Assembly: GCA_046563655.1 (NCBI GenBank)
Contig: CM102288.1
Coordinates: forward strand, 5,828,001 to 5,892,000
Reading direction: 5' to 3'
Source: Yuukianura sp. NJ FZ-2021
Lineage: Eukaryota
DNA: 64,000 nt
Shown piece after piece: positions 25,164-37,700 of the stretch. The position numbers and the translations under genes are program-made. The notes beneath the pieces were generated by a model. The model was not told where the DNA came from, did not search any database, and worked only from the letters and a program-made list of their open reading frames with translations. Every line of letters starts with the position of its first letter. The stretch's first letter is position 1.

Positions 25164-25390
25164 GACTTTTGTGCTGACTTTTAATGACTTAGTGCTGACC
25201 GAGAACTGACTTTTAATGATTTTGTGCTGACCTCCTGCTGACGTTTAATGACTTTGTGCTGACCGTGAAGTGACTTTGTGTTGACCCAGGATTTGCACTG
25301 ACCGTTGGCAGTTAACTACTTGCTTGTTGTCATCCTTAGCAACCTTGGTATGAATTTGTGCTGACTAAGGATTTGCGCTGACCTTTGACC
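25164..25390. repeat. Degenerate tandem repeats (GACTTT..GTGCTGACC) upstream of the bHLH gene
   Basis: Several recurring GTGCTGAC/TGACTTT motifs within ~230 bp. Confidence 0.6.
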
Positions 25391-25466
25391 TTCACCTAAA
25401 ATTTTTGAGAAAGTAGTTTAAACTGTAAATTGAGCAAGAGTGACCTTCGCATTTGTTTATTCAATC

Positions 25467-26069
25467 ATGGAAGGTTCGTGTTGTGCGTTCAGTGACCCAC
25501 CTTGCCCCACCAACTTACAATACTTCCGTTCAACTGCAGGTCAGTGTTGGTCAGTAGACAGGTCAGAAGCGCCGCCCATTTCAAAATGTCTCACTTCACC
25601 CCAAATCCCACCACATTTCCCGCCCTCTGACCTTGACCAGTTCAATTCTTCAGAAGACAGATCGTGGGAATACTCAAATTTTTCCAAACAGCGCAGTTCC
25701 AGGAAACAGTCGCGACGGAAGGGAGTTGGCGGCAGAAGAAAAAGTGAGAAACCACCGTCTCCGAATATCATGAGGAAAAGACGCGTTGCGGCCAATGCAA
25801 GGTTAGGCTTAAAATAATATAATATAAAGTAATACTTTAATAAATTAAAGAACTAAGTATGCAGTTAGAATAAAAAGTTTAGGATCTGGAATTCTTTCAG
25901 AGAGAGACGACGCATGAACGGACTAAACGACGCGTTCGATCGCCTGCGTGAAGTGATTCCTTGTCTGGGCAGTGACCACAAACTGTCTAAATACGAAACA
26001 CTCCAAATGGCTCAAACTTACATCAACGCCCTTAAGGGCCTCCTCATGCACCACACTCAGATCAAGTGA
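25467..26069 (+). CDS. Atonal-family proneural bHLH factor (ato/amos/cato-like)
   Basis: Exons 25467-25801 and 25901-26069 join to [54 protein letters not shown]. Confidence 0.93.
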
Positions 26070-26752
26070 TTAAAAGGGGTCACGAGGTCACATAAGCTCA
26101 AAGTGAAAATAAGTTTCGACTTTCCAGAAATTTTGAAATTAAAAACATTTCCAGGATTTCCAATAAAAAAAAAGATCCAGAATTTATACGACCAAAACTT
26201 TTTTTTTTTTAGAAACAAAACCATTTTCTAGAAAAAAGCATAAAAGCAACTTATTGAAACTTTTTTTTCTAAAAATTTATCCAAATGTACGAAAAAGTTT
26301 TGAGTTTTTTTAAGAAAACTGGCTGCGTGTGGTAGAAAATATGTTGAACTCTTGGAAAAAATGAAAGAGTAAAAAAAAACGTTTTTCAAGTCCCTTCAAT
26401 TTTTTTTTCTGAACTTTTTATTTTTGAAATTGAAGGCTTAATTTGGCACGCAAGGGGGAAGGGCCCTTTGAAAAAATTTTTGACTTCTGTCCGTGATGAT
26501 TTTGAAGAGTGGCCACGCGACTGAAAGAATCTGTTGAACATTTCCAAGAACTTTTAGAGCGCAGAGGGCCCTTCAAGGGGTCACTTGAGCAATTGACCCA
26601 GAAATTAAAAATTCAAACCGGTTGCTTCTGCTACCAAAACACTTACACACGCAAATGCTTCCAAAATTCTCAAAACCCGAATTTTGAAAATTCTGGAGAA
26701 CAAGAAATTAAACAGTGCTGTTATGCCTTCCAATTCCATGTTTTGTTCTTAG

Positions 26753-26821
26753 AACCTGGTAGCTCAATGGTTAGAGCTCTTCCAGAATTAAAGAGGGATG
26801 GGTTCGAGTCCTCCTAGGTTC
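26753..26821 (+). pseudogene. tRNA-like pseudogene or tRNA-derived SINE head
   Basis: Acceptor stem AACCTGG/CTAGGTT, D-stem GCTC/GAGC, A box TAGCTCAATGG, B box GGTTCGAGTCC; anticodon and T arms degenerate. Confidence 0.6.
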
Positions 26822-26968
26822 TTTATTTTTTCTCTACTGTGATTTTTTGTTTCTCAAGACATGTGAGCCCCAAACCTCACAGAGTCCATAATTAATCTAT
26901 TTGAAATTATTCTAAACACGAGGTTAGAGTTTTTTAAAACATTTTTTTACGTTTTAACTTTTTGCATG

Positions 26969-28587
26969 TTACACATTTTCCCAAATTCCTTCGATTTTGT
27001 TTTTGGCAATCCAGTTGTCCAGTTTTTTGATTGATTCCGGACTGAGTTCTTCTTTCCATGAGTCTACTTTTCCTTTTCGAATGAAACCTGTTACTGGGTT
27101 GCTATGGAGTTTTGCCAGAACTTCATACGTGTCTTCTTTGTTCACTGCACAATTTTTTTCCATTGAGTCAAAGCTAAGGTGCTCCACAAGTTTGTTAATT
27201 TAGTCATCCGTGTAACATTTTCCAAGAAATGAAGCAGTTTTCCTTACGGCAGACGGCAAATCCTTAAAATATGAATAGTTCCATTTTTCTTTTATAAAAG
27301 CTTTAGAAACCTTAACGTAAAGTTCATTTGAAATGCTTACTTTTTTCATTTCTTCGTAAGTTAGAAAGAAGATGTTGGATTCGTTACGGCGGGTCCAGAA
27401 ATCACGGAGGTGAGGCCAATATGGGAAATAAAACTCTGCCAAAAAACTTTGGAGTTAGTATTTCTGAAATTTAGTTTTAAAATTTATAAAAATGGTTCCC
27501 ACGATCAGTGTTCTCGGTTTCAGAGTCATTGGAAACTTTGGTCATTTTGGTTATTTTGGCATTTTGACCATTTCTCAGAAATTTCAGACCAGAATTTTGA
27601 AAGTTGTTCGAAACTGATTACACTGGCAACTGTGGAGAATCCTTACCGTAATCAGCTAAATATTGTTCAACAAAGTCATCTAATGTCCCTCTATAGCCAT
27701 GGACGACTCTTGTGTGATGAAACAGTGATACGCACTGATCTTTTGGATTTCGTGCTATGTACACAATTTTCGGTTTCTTCTTTAGGATTTGTTTTGGTAA
27801 CAATGGCAACGGAAGGTGACTTTTGATGTAGCGTGGCGACGGCATCTCTTGAATAACGTCAATCGACGGCATCTTCCGTTCCGGATCCGTAGTGTTTAGC
27901 GTATTTTTCGCTAATACTTCTAATCTTGATCAAAAATTTGTTTACAAATTAGTGTCACAAGGTAGCTTCCAGGTCATTAGTAGCGAAAACAATAAGTGCG
28001 AAATCACAACTTTGTCAACACTGAGATGTACTATCCCTGCTGCCAACTTAGGTGAAATCGAGCTTATGGTTTTCGGCCTAATGACTTGTTACGACAAAAT
28101 AAACTTCATTCAATTTCATAAAAACATAACAATAGTAAAAAAAATTCAAAATTTCATGAATTGTTTGTATTTACTCTAAAAATGGGAAACGAATTATCAA
28201 CGGAACCTTGGCTTTTTCGTAATCCAAGTTATTGCTCAAAAGCCAAACCATTTCCTGTGTCCATGTTGTTCCTAAAAGTAAAACAATTTAAAGAGATTTT
28301 ACACTTTTTTTTCATAATTTCATAAGTTTTTGTAAATTTTTAAAAAAAATCAATTACTATTTTATCTAACCTGATCTCGGAATTGCCACCACCCAAACAT
28401 CATCTTGGCGCACTTCCATGTTACTAATGGTGTCGTATGTCTCTGCGTAACTAACAGGCAAACAAGTTCCGCTTGGTTTGAACTTGACAAACTGTGTAGG
28501 TTGAAGTTTTGGGTGTTGATGAGTCAAAAATTTGGCAATCAATTCCTTGTTTTCGAATTCATCGTACAACATTTCGTTTTTAGACAT
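26969..28587 (-). CDS. Cytosolic sulfotransferase (Sulfotransfer_1), multi-exon
   Basis: PRSG/TTWTQEMVWLL 5'-PSB loop, PRYIKSHLP, YIARNPKDQCVS 3'-PB motif, FIRKGKVDSWK. Confidence 0.93.
27506..27625. mobile_element. Degenerate hAT-like MITE in sulfotransferase intron
   Basis: Imperfect TIR CAGTGTTCTCGGTTTC / GAAACTGATTACACTG; no TSD visible. Confidence 0.45.
27971..28088. repeat. Imperfect inverted repeat (MITE remnant) in sulfotransferase intron
   Basis: AGGTCATTAGTAGCGAAAAC versus GTTTTCGGCCTAATGACTT. Confidence 0.4.
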
Positions 28588-29341
28588 TTGTATTCTTAAA
28601 AAAATGTTGTAGGATAAAGCGCTGAAATGTGTCTGACGTGTGCTCAACCATGGAACTCTACTACTTAAGCTAGAAATGATTAGGTTTAACTAATTTAACT
28701 AATGGACAACATTAAGCTTAATCACTCGAGCTATTAACAATAATGTTACAAGATTTGGATTTTGGAAGCCATGAAATGTAGAATTTAAGTGTCAAGGGGG
28801 CTATTAATGTCATCAATGAAGCTAAATCACCTTAGTCGAAAAGTAATTTTTTGTTCTAAATATATTTTTATAGCTAATTTAATTAAGGTTTTTTAAATTA
28901 TTCTAAACACGACGGTTTCTTTTCATTTACCTTTTAATCTGTTACTAGCAAAATGCTGCAGTTAGATCCATGCCATACGGAATATGCTGAGTCATAACTT
29001 ATGTCATGCTACTAAAACCAACAACACATTCAATTAGTTTATCTTTAATCAATTACTTTTTATAAATTATCAGAAAGATTACCTTGTACTCCAAGTTGGA
29101 TTATCGACACACCTTGAATTTCCAATGGATTACCTCATAACCTCATTGTTTGACCTCATAACCTTCCAAAAGTCAATCTGCACAGGATTCACCACAGAAA
29201 TCGAAACTAGCCTTAAGAAATCGAAATTCACCGGAGAAAGTTTAAAAAAATCAACTGTCAAATGAAATTTGATTAATTGATTGCCTTTTAATAAATTGGG
29301 AGATGCAAATTACAAATTGCGTAATTTAATTTAAATGTAGT

Positions 29342-30808
29342 TTACAGTTCAGTTTTCCTCCTCTTCTGCGCAGGGGATTCCTCAGTACTGGAGGAATACT
29401 TGGAAGCTATTTGAATTGCCGCATTTCTGCCGCTAATTAAACTCATTTCAATAGCACTAGCTGCCCACTCGATTCCATTTAAGTAGTAGATACTTGGAAG
29501 TACATGAAACGACGGCAGTGGAGGTGGGGTTTGAGAGTATTCTGGATAGGCCCACCATTCTGTCACTTCCACTTGGTGAATCTCGTCAAAAATCTCGGCC
29601 ATTTCAGAATCAGTAAGTACTTGCGGACTAAAAACTTTGTAGACTGGAACTGTTTCGCTCCTGGTAAGAACTACTGGATGAACACGACTGATGGAAGTGA
29701 AGAAGTTAGGAGTGCAGGCAAGGATGTCCAGCCACTTGCGATACTTTGGTTTGATCTCATTGGCCGCAACTAGGGTGGACACAGTTCGATGGTACGACAT
29801 GTCACGGAGTGGAGCCAAAGTGGCGTCGATGGTTGGCTGTTGATCAAGAAAATTGACAAACTGGATATCATTTTGACGAGATAGCGGCAAGGCAATGATG
29901 ATCTTGTCATAAGTTCCTGGAAGAAGAGTTTTTCCGATTTTGTCCGTTGATAAGCGAAAAGCTGAACCGGAAGGAACTGCGACAATTGATTCAATCTTGG
30001 TGTTGAGATGGATACGGGCATTGGAGTTGTTGAGCATGGCGGTTGCCAGGAGCTTGTTGCCATCCTGGACACTCCAAAGGTCATTGGCAGCACCGGCGAC
30101 AGAGACATGACCGACGAGTGAGTGGATCCTTGCGGGCTGTCCATAATTGACATAGGTTATGGCTTGGACCAGCTCAGTGATAAACTCTTCTTTGAATCCA
30201 TGCTCTCGTAAAAAAGAGTCAAACGGTGTGTTAGTGAGGTTGAGCAGTTTAGGATCCATCGCAGTCAGCATCGCTTCGACCGAATCGTAAGCGATTCCTT
30301 TATCATGCAGCTCATAAATATTTTCAAATCCGGAGATAAAGTCTTCCGTCAATGCTTGGAGTCTGTTGAGATCAAATCCATAGCGGGACAGTATTTTAAA
30401 AATTGTGACCAGTGTCCAACTGCTGGTGCTGAACACAATTTCGGAATCTTTGAGAATGGAAGTAATGCTGGAAGCAGTTGAATCTTTTCTGACAGTCAGC
30501 CCGAGTCGTTTGACTAAGTCCACTGCTAGCTTATTGCGTGGATGGATAATGGAGCCACCAGATTCATATTCGTTGCCCAGCATGTTGACGGTGGCCATTC
30601 GTCCTCCGATGATCCCCTTGGCTTCAAACACGTCAATTTCGACATTAAAATTGAGCAACTGAGACAAGTGGTAGGCTGCCGATGAACCGCCAGCACCAGA
30701 TCCAATGACGGCAATCTTCGGCAGAGGAATTGCAGCACGGGTCAACTGAAGAAAAATACTTGGCAGCATCAGCATCATCCAGGAAATCAATCTCCTTGGC
30801 GCAACCAT
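29342..30808 (-). CDS. PCYOX1: Prenylcysteine oxidase 1-like, intronless
   Basis: Signal peptide, KIAVIGSGAGGSSAAY FAD motif, YESGGSIIHPRN, VNYGQ, YYLNGIEWAASAIEMS, C-terminal KTEL. Confidence 0.92.
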   Translation of the reverse strand: MVAPRRLISWMMLMLPSIFLQLTRAAIPLPKIAVIGSGAGGSSAAYHLSQLLNFNVEIDVFEAKGIIGGRMATVNMLGNEYESGGSIIHPRNKLAVDLVKRLGLTVRKDSTASSITSILKDSEIVFSTSSWTLVTIFKILSRYGFDLNRLQALTEDFISGFENIYELHDKGIAYDSVEAMLTAMDPKLLNLTNTPFDSFLREHGFKEEFITELVQAITYVNYGQPARIHSLVGHVSVAGAANDLWSVQDGNKLLATAMLNNSNARIHLNTKIESIVAVPSGSAFRLSTDKIGKTLLPGTYDKIIIALPLSRQNDIQFVNFLDQQPTIDATLAPLRDMSYHRTVSTLVAANEIKPKYRKWLDILACTPNFFTSISRVHPVVLTRSETVPVYKVFSPQVLTDSEMAEIFDEIHQVEVTEWWAYPEYSQTPPPLPSFHVLPSIYYLNGIEWAASAIEMSLISGRNAAIQIASKYSSSTEESPAQKRRKTEL

Positions 30809-31580
30809 TGCTGCGATAGTCCAACTTGCTTAATTTCTTATCCTCTGGCCGATTGATTTATAACGTTGAAACGAAAATGTCGTCAATGTGTCGTCACGAG
30901 TTAGACACGGTGGATCTGTGGGCGGAGTAAGAAAAAAAAAATGAAATGTCAAAATAACTGGGTGATTGATGAGCTACTTTTGTTGATTTGTAAGTGCTTA
31001 CCAAATAGTTTTACAGCTGTTTGTTCTGTGCTGTCGGTGACACACTTGACCTTTGACCTTCCGTCACCGAAATCAATCGATGTCACCGACAAATCAATCA
31101 CGTTCCAAATTATCGGGCCGGCTAATTTAGTTTGTGGTGTAGGTTTATGCACGACCGTCTTCTGTCGTCACACACGATATTATTGACCATTTTCCAGAAT
31201 TTTCAGAACTTTCAGAACGCACTTATTTAGTATTTAGAATGACGTCAGTTACATCCAAAGTTTTCAGAGAATTAGTGTCAATGCTTCAATGTTCAACACT
31301 TAACCTAGAATTCTGCGGAATAGTCAGCCCTATACCGCCTTCTAAATTCGCACTCTTCAAATTGTAACGTAGGTAATTAATTAACTGTTATCGTTGACAA
31401 CTTGTATTTGGTTTGCCCTTGGTAGAGAGAGAATAGTCATGCTGACTCAACTATAAAGGAAAGGTAAGATCGGTATTTAATTATTAATCTTGGGGGCTGA
31501 ATTACTGTAATCTTGTGATAAACAGAAAACAGAAAATGTGTACTTATACTAGCTTTGATTTTGTGATCTAGAGAGACAGC

Positions 31581-33923
31581 ATGGAGGCGAAGGTCATCGA
31601 CGACGTTTTGAAATGTCACTACGGAAGTCACCTCAATGAAGGCGCGAAAAGAAACCATAAAACGTTTGCCAAAAAACTGGAATCGTTCACTTCGGAAAAG
31701 GATTTCCTCCGACGTCTGAATGGACCAATGGTGTCCAACCTCGATAGAGTCAATTCCGTCCTGGAAGTACTTCCATTCGACAACTTCACGTTCAACGACA
31801 AGATGGCTGGAAGTATGTCGATAAGATAAAGGAATACCTCAATTGATATCAATTGAACATAAAACTTATGATTTGTTTTCGTTCACAGTGTACCAAAAAT
31901 CTTCTTCGATTGCCAAGACCTTGAGAGAAGTTGGAAACACTTTCTACAAAAACCGAAACTTTGGGCAAGCTTTAGAAGTTTATTCGAAGAGCCTCCTGTT
32001 TGCCCCTCCAAAATGTCCAAAGGCTGACCTTAGTCTGGCTTATGCCAATCGGTCAGCAGTGTTCTACGAAACTAAGGATTTTGTGAGTTGCCTTGGCGAC
32101 ATCGAGAGGGCTATCAAGGCAGGTCATCCATCCAAGGACAAGTTACTGGACAGGGCCAAGAAATGTCAAGGACAACTCAAAGTTGAGAGTGAAAGGGTTG
32201 GTCAAGAGGTACTGGAATTGGATGACCTTTACCTTTACCTTGACCTTGACTTTGACATTTGTCTTCGTGAACAGCAGAGCTCGCATTCAGAGGAACTGCG
32301 ACGCCGGAAAACGTTTTGTGACCAGATTTTGTTCCGATTGGTCCATCCAAATCCGGTGGTTCCGAATGCTGAAGAATTCATAGAAATTAAATCAAGTCCG
32401 GAACGGGGACGACATGTTGTCACAACCAAAGCGTTGACGCCCGGTAATTTAAAAATTTCTAAAATAAACGCATCTTTAAAATTTTAAGTTAAAAAGAGGT
32501 GAGAATATTTGAATTATAAAATTTTTAGGAACTGTCCTGATTGTGGACGAACCTTACTCCAAAGTTCTGTTGGACGAACTCAAATGGTGTGTCGACCGGT
32601 GTCACCAGTGCCATGGTTACGTTATTTCTGGAGTGTCTTGCCCCTCATGCGTTTTTGTAAGAATTTGGACCGGACCTATTTGTTCGGAATTTTGAATTTC
32701 GAAATTTTGAAGTTTTTTTTATCCATTTATAGGCATTTTACTGTTCCGAGTATTGTCTCAACGCTGCTGCCCAGAGTCATCATAAATTCGAGTGCCGATG
32801 TTTGGCCTACTTTCATCAACTCAGCCTCGTCAGAATATTTTTACTCGCCCTCCGGACTGTGACTACTCTCGGACCAGCGGGAATTTTAAATCTCTACCGT
32901 GGCTCCATACTCAGCATGACACCAGAAACTGGAATACTTGGCAGTATCGGTGGAATGCTTGGCAGTACTGACGGAATCTACCAGTCCCAGTCGTACACTG
33001 CCATTCATCATCTCATTTCTCATCCAGACAAATGTGAAGATCGGGAACTCCTGTCCTACACCATCACGTCACTCAGCCTTGTCCACATTCTGGACACGCA
33101 CTCTGCCTTCTTTGACCTCGTGGGGAACGACCTTGAGAAGACCAAACTGAAGTCATTCACTGCTTCTCTCCTTCTGCTTCACATTTTGAACCTCCCCTGC
33201 AACGCCCATTCACTCCAAGCTCTCTCGAGTGACTCCCAGGAAAAAATATTTGACCCCGACTGGATTCGAACTGCCACTGCTGAGGAGTATGGTGCTGGAG
33301 CCTTTGGTCTTTTGAGTCTCATCAACCACTCCTGCGACCCTAACATTCTTCGGGTCAACAACTGTAGAGGTCAAGTAGCAGTTATCGCCATCAAGAGTTT
33401 GTTACCCGGAGATGAACTACTGGACAACTACGGTCATCATTACGCCTTGGAAGACACTTTGACCAGACGAAGGGCACTGTTGAACAACTACTATTTCGAC
33501 TGTAGTTGCGTCGCCTGTGCCGAAGATTGGCCGCAATTACAACAACTTAGAACTTTTCTTCCAAGATTCATCTGTCCCAAATGTTCTGGAATGTCCACAA
33601 AAAGTCCATGTCAGGAATTCACCAGGAATCCGGGAGTTCCTTTGCTCCAGGAATCGGGAACCACCATGACCTGTGACCACTGTCATGAAAAATATGCGAG
33701 TGAGAAGGTGTTGAATGATCTGGATATGGAAATAGATGGATTCCTGGTTGCTCATGAAATGGTGTTGAAGAACGAACCGCTGGAAGCGATTCAGCGATTG
33801 ACTGATACACTGAAGTACTTTTCTATGCATGTTAAAGTTCCGTTCATCCGAATTAACGATACAGAAGAAACGTACAAACAGGCTCTCAATCTAATTACTT
33901 ATCATAGGAGATCTAACTTCTAA
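31581..33923 (+). CDS. SMYD4: SET and MYND domain protein 4-like (TPR, split SET, MYND)
   Basis: TPR LAYANRSAVF; GRHVVTTKALTPG; MYND Cys pairs across exons; LINHSCDPN, DNYG, YYFDCSCVAC; about 4 exons. Exact SMYD4 paralog uncertain. Confidence 0.85.
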
Positions 33924-34799
33924 CTAACCGGTAACTTTAAATTGACTTATTTATTGATTTAATTAATTCAACTAACTTTACGTTAACAAAGTACCACAGT
34001 ATTAGTAGCCCCGATTTGTCTGAAGTTTTACTAACCAAACTTCTAGTCATAAATAGTTTCTTGCTTACCCAATCGTTTAGCATTTGAATTCTAATTAAAA
34101 ATTGGTCGCAAAGTTGCCGATGTTGTCACCGAAATTCCGAGGATTAGCCAACCCATACTCTCGTCGATAGGCCAGGTTGAAGTGGATCGGACGCCTCTAC
34201 ATGTACCCAGAGATAGAAATATTCTTGGCGAAAAATGTTGTTTTTTTTTAACTTGAAACTTGGTCAATGCTAAAGTGTACGAGTCGCTCATAGACCTGCT
34301 GGGAAACAGAGTAATTCCAACTTCAAAACGCTAAAAATTTAGGTAAAGATTTAGGATACAAGCAAAATTCCAAATTTCTAAACGCTAGAAAAAAAGGAAA
34401 ATTAGGACATAATTTTGGCTTTTCCTTATTGTAGGCACTTGTTGTAGCCATTAAATGATTATTCGTTTTTGTAAACAATGACAGTACCCATTCCTAAAAA
34501 AGTAAGTTATACATCTCATTGCGAAACCACTCGGTGGTTACAGCAGAGTTGTTTTATTGGTTACGGTGGTTACCCCACGTTTACAACTGTTGCACCTTTG
34601 GTGCAAACTTGCCGTCCTGGGGCATGTGAAAGGAGAAGAGCAGTTTGTGGTGCTCTAGTGGGCGTAGATTAGTCATTTTCACTGCGCCTTTGCCTCAGGA
34701 TTCCGTTAATCGTTAAGTCATTCACTGGCGATTAACTGTCTTTCTAATTAATGTTGAACTAAAATATGAAGATCCCTCCGAAGTAAGAAGAATCTGGAC

Positions 34800-37700
34800 A
34801 TGAATCTGGAGTTTCCAGTGTACCATGTCATCGTGGTTGGATTTCATCACAAGAAAGGATGTCAGGTTAAAACTAACTTGAGATTAATTGAGTTCAGATT
34901 AGTTACGATTACTCTTACAAGTTAGGATTACATAAAGTCAGTGATGAACTTAAGACAAGCATATATCAGACATCTTCTGTTGATTACCAACAATCTGAGA
35001 CTTTATGGTAATCATAGGTAGGGGTAAATTGGGACGTTAAATTAAGGCCTGTTAATTTAGTTGAATAATCTGATTTATCCTTGTTTCAGGTGGAGTACGC
35101 TTTCCCACCGCTGGAAATGGAACTGGAAAAAACAGCCTGGAAGTATTTAGCTACGCTGGCCATGCCTGATGGAGCTCACAACTTTGCCCATGACACGGTG
35201 TACTTCCATCTCCCGTCACTCCAAAATCCAAATGAAACTGTCTTCGGAGTTGCCTGTTTTCAACAAATAGATTCAACGGTGACTTACATAATGTGACTTG
35301 ATTAATGAGGAAATAAGAAGTCATTTTCTAATTGACTTTTTTAGAAACTGATCAATAGGCCGGACGATGTTACCCGAAGTACAGTCCAGAAAAGTGTATG
35401 TGTACTCAGCAGGTATCCACTCTTCGGTCACATTCAGGTAATTACGTCCAGCTTACGTTTTGTGAAAATTTTATATACAAATCAGAAGGTACAAGTATCT
35501 GATGAATGTAAAGTTGTGAAATATGAATGTAAAAATCTAACTCACTTTGGATTTTGGATTTTGTTAGGTCAAAATGCAACTCATCACAGCGGCATACTTC
35601 CGAGAAGGCGATTTCGATCAAGTGTCGATTCTGGAAGAAGCTTTTCATAATCTCAACGCTTGCCTTGTTCCAGAACTGCTGACCACTCCAGAAGCATTTG
35701 TAGGTCAGTTGACTCCAAATGTCCAACACTTAAGAGAAGAAATTATCCATGATGATCAACAATAGACAAGCATATATCCGAATTCCATTGACGATATACC
35801 GTTCTGAGATATCTCTTATCCCAAGATAACAATTACCCCTCATCCTCTACTTGATGGATAACTGGTTTACTTTTGTTACAGGATTGTCACCCAGAGAGTT
35901 GCTGTCCACCTTCCGACATCAGGTTCTCATTTTGTTCAAACTTTTGCTTCTGGAACGCAAGATTTTATTCCGCGGCGCATCCGTCGGCCCTTTATGCTCT
36001 GCTCTCCTCAGCCTCGTTTCGCTCATACCGCTTGCACTGGAAAACGGACTTAAGCGATCAGCTTGCACAAAAACGTCCAAAACGCTGTCCTTCATCCCCC
36101 AGTTCAGCAGTGAAGACATGGATGAGGAAATCGCTTCAAGCGATTCCAATTCCAAGAAAAATTCCATTCCAAGTATCTCAACTTCCCATGCAAACAGAAG
36201 GGCGCCTAATACTCAAGAGAAGGGAGAAATGGAAGACAACACAGATCTCAACAACACGACGAAAGTTTACTACAGAAAACATGAAGATGACGTGGATTTT
36301 AGAAGGAAAAAGGGAGACACTGTTCCGTCCACGGTTGACACAAATGCTGCCAGCATCCAGCATTATGCTGGAAGTACAGAAGTACTGGGGAGCCCTGCTG
36401 CTGCCCAGGACGAAACTAATGCTGGATTGGCCGAAAAGTGCGAGGAGGTGCCGGACTTCCTGACGGCTGTTCAGATGTCACCGGAGGAGGCGGGCTTTCC
36501 TCTGGCACTTTTTGAAAAAGTGAGAATTAAATCAATAAATTAATTTATTTATATAATATATAAAAGTGATTTATATAATATATTTTAATTGCACTTTTGA
36601 CCTTCGACCTTAGGGTTACTTGTGTTTCCCGTACTTGTCACTGCACTACTTGGATCTGCTGACAGACCGAATGGTCAGAGGTTTCCTCGTGGGAACTACG
36701 AATATTCTGTTTAAGCAAAAGAAGGATTTGGTGGACGTTGTTGTAGAAGTAGGTGTGACAGTTAATTAATTGTAATTAATTATAATTATAATTCTTATAA
36801 ATATAATTATAATTTTTCTACATTTTCAATCACTTGAGTGTCAATTATAGATTAGTTTTTCCTTTGATTAGATGCAAGACGAAACTATTGACATCCTGGA
36901 CCCGAATCTCAAAAAAAGTGTGACTCTGACGACCCCTGACCTCAGATTTGCCGAGAACATTGTGCGTCTAGTTACTTCGGATTCGGACAGTGGACGGGCG
37001 GACGGAGACAGCTTCATGGACGGCGTCGGATGGGAAGGCAGGAAGCCAATTCTTGATACATTTATATTAATTGTATATTTATTTTATTTATATTTTTGTT
37101 TTAATAATGTGGAATGCTTGTTTTCTAAGGTGGTGACGAGTGGATCCGTTCTCAGTTTAAATATTACTTGATCTGTGCCATGCGTACGAGTCTCACAGAA
37201 GAGGGGTCCAAGGAGAGAGATTCCTTTGGAGCTGGATTCTACACTTTGTGGCAACAAACAAACAACTGGAAGACTTGGAATGAATATGTCAACTCGGAAG
37301 AGAGACAAACTCCAGGCATTTACAGGTACATCATGATACAAGGCCACAAAACATTTACATAATTACATTACATCATTACATGATACATAATTCCCTTATG
37401 CATAACTACATGATACTGATATATGATGCATAATTACATGATTCCCACTGTTTGTTACAACAATGCATGATGCAAATGATAACATTTCCACTATTTTTGC
37501 AGTATTTGTCCTGGACACCCTTGCGACGGCGGGATGTCTGTCAGTGACGTAAAAATTCGCTTAGCACAGTAAGTACTTTTGACATAAACTGAAACAAACT
37601 TGAGCATGAGCAGTATTTTAACATATTTGATTAAATAATAAAATATTGTTAATATTTTAATATGTGAATATTTGTAGTTCCATGCAAAGTACTGATGGAG

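Noticed and set aside
35438..35567. CTGATGA in AVL9 intron 3 as a snoRNA or hammerhead core
   Set aside because: No matching downstream D box with terminal stem and no hammerhead helices found.
37330..37480. ACATGAT/TTACAT repeats in an AVL9 intron
   Set aside because: Degenerate low-complexity sequence without further structure.
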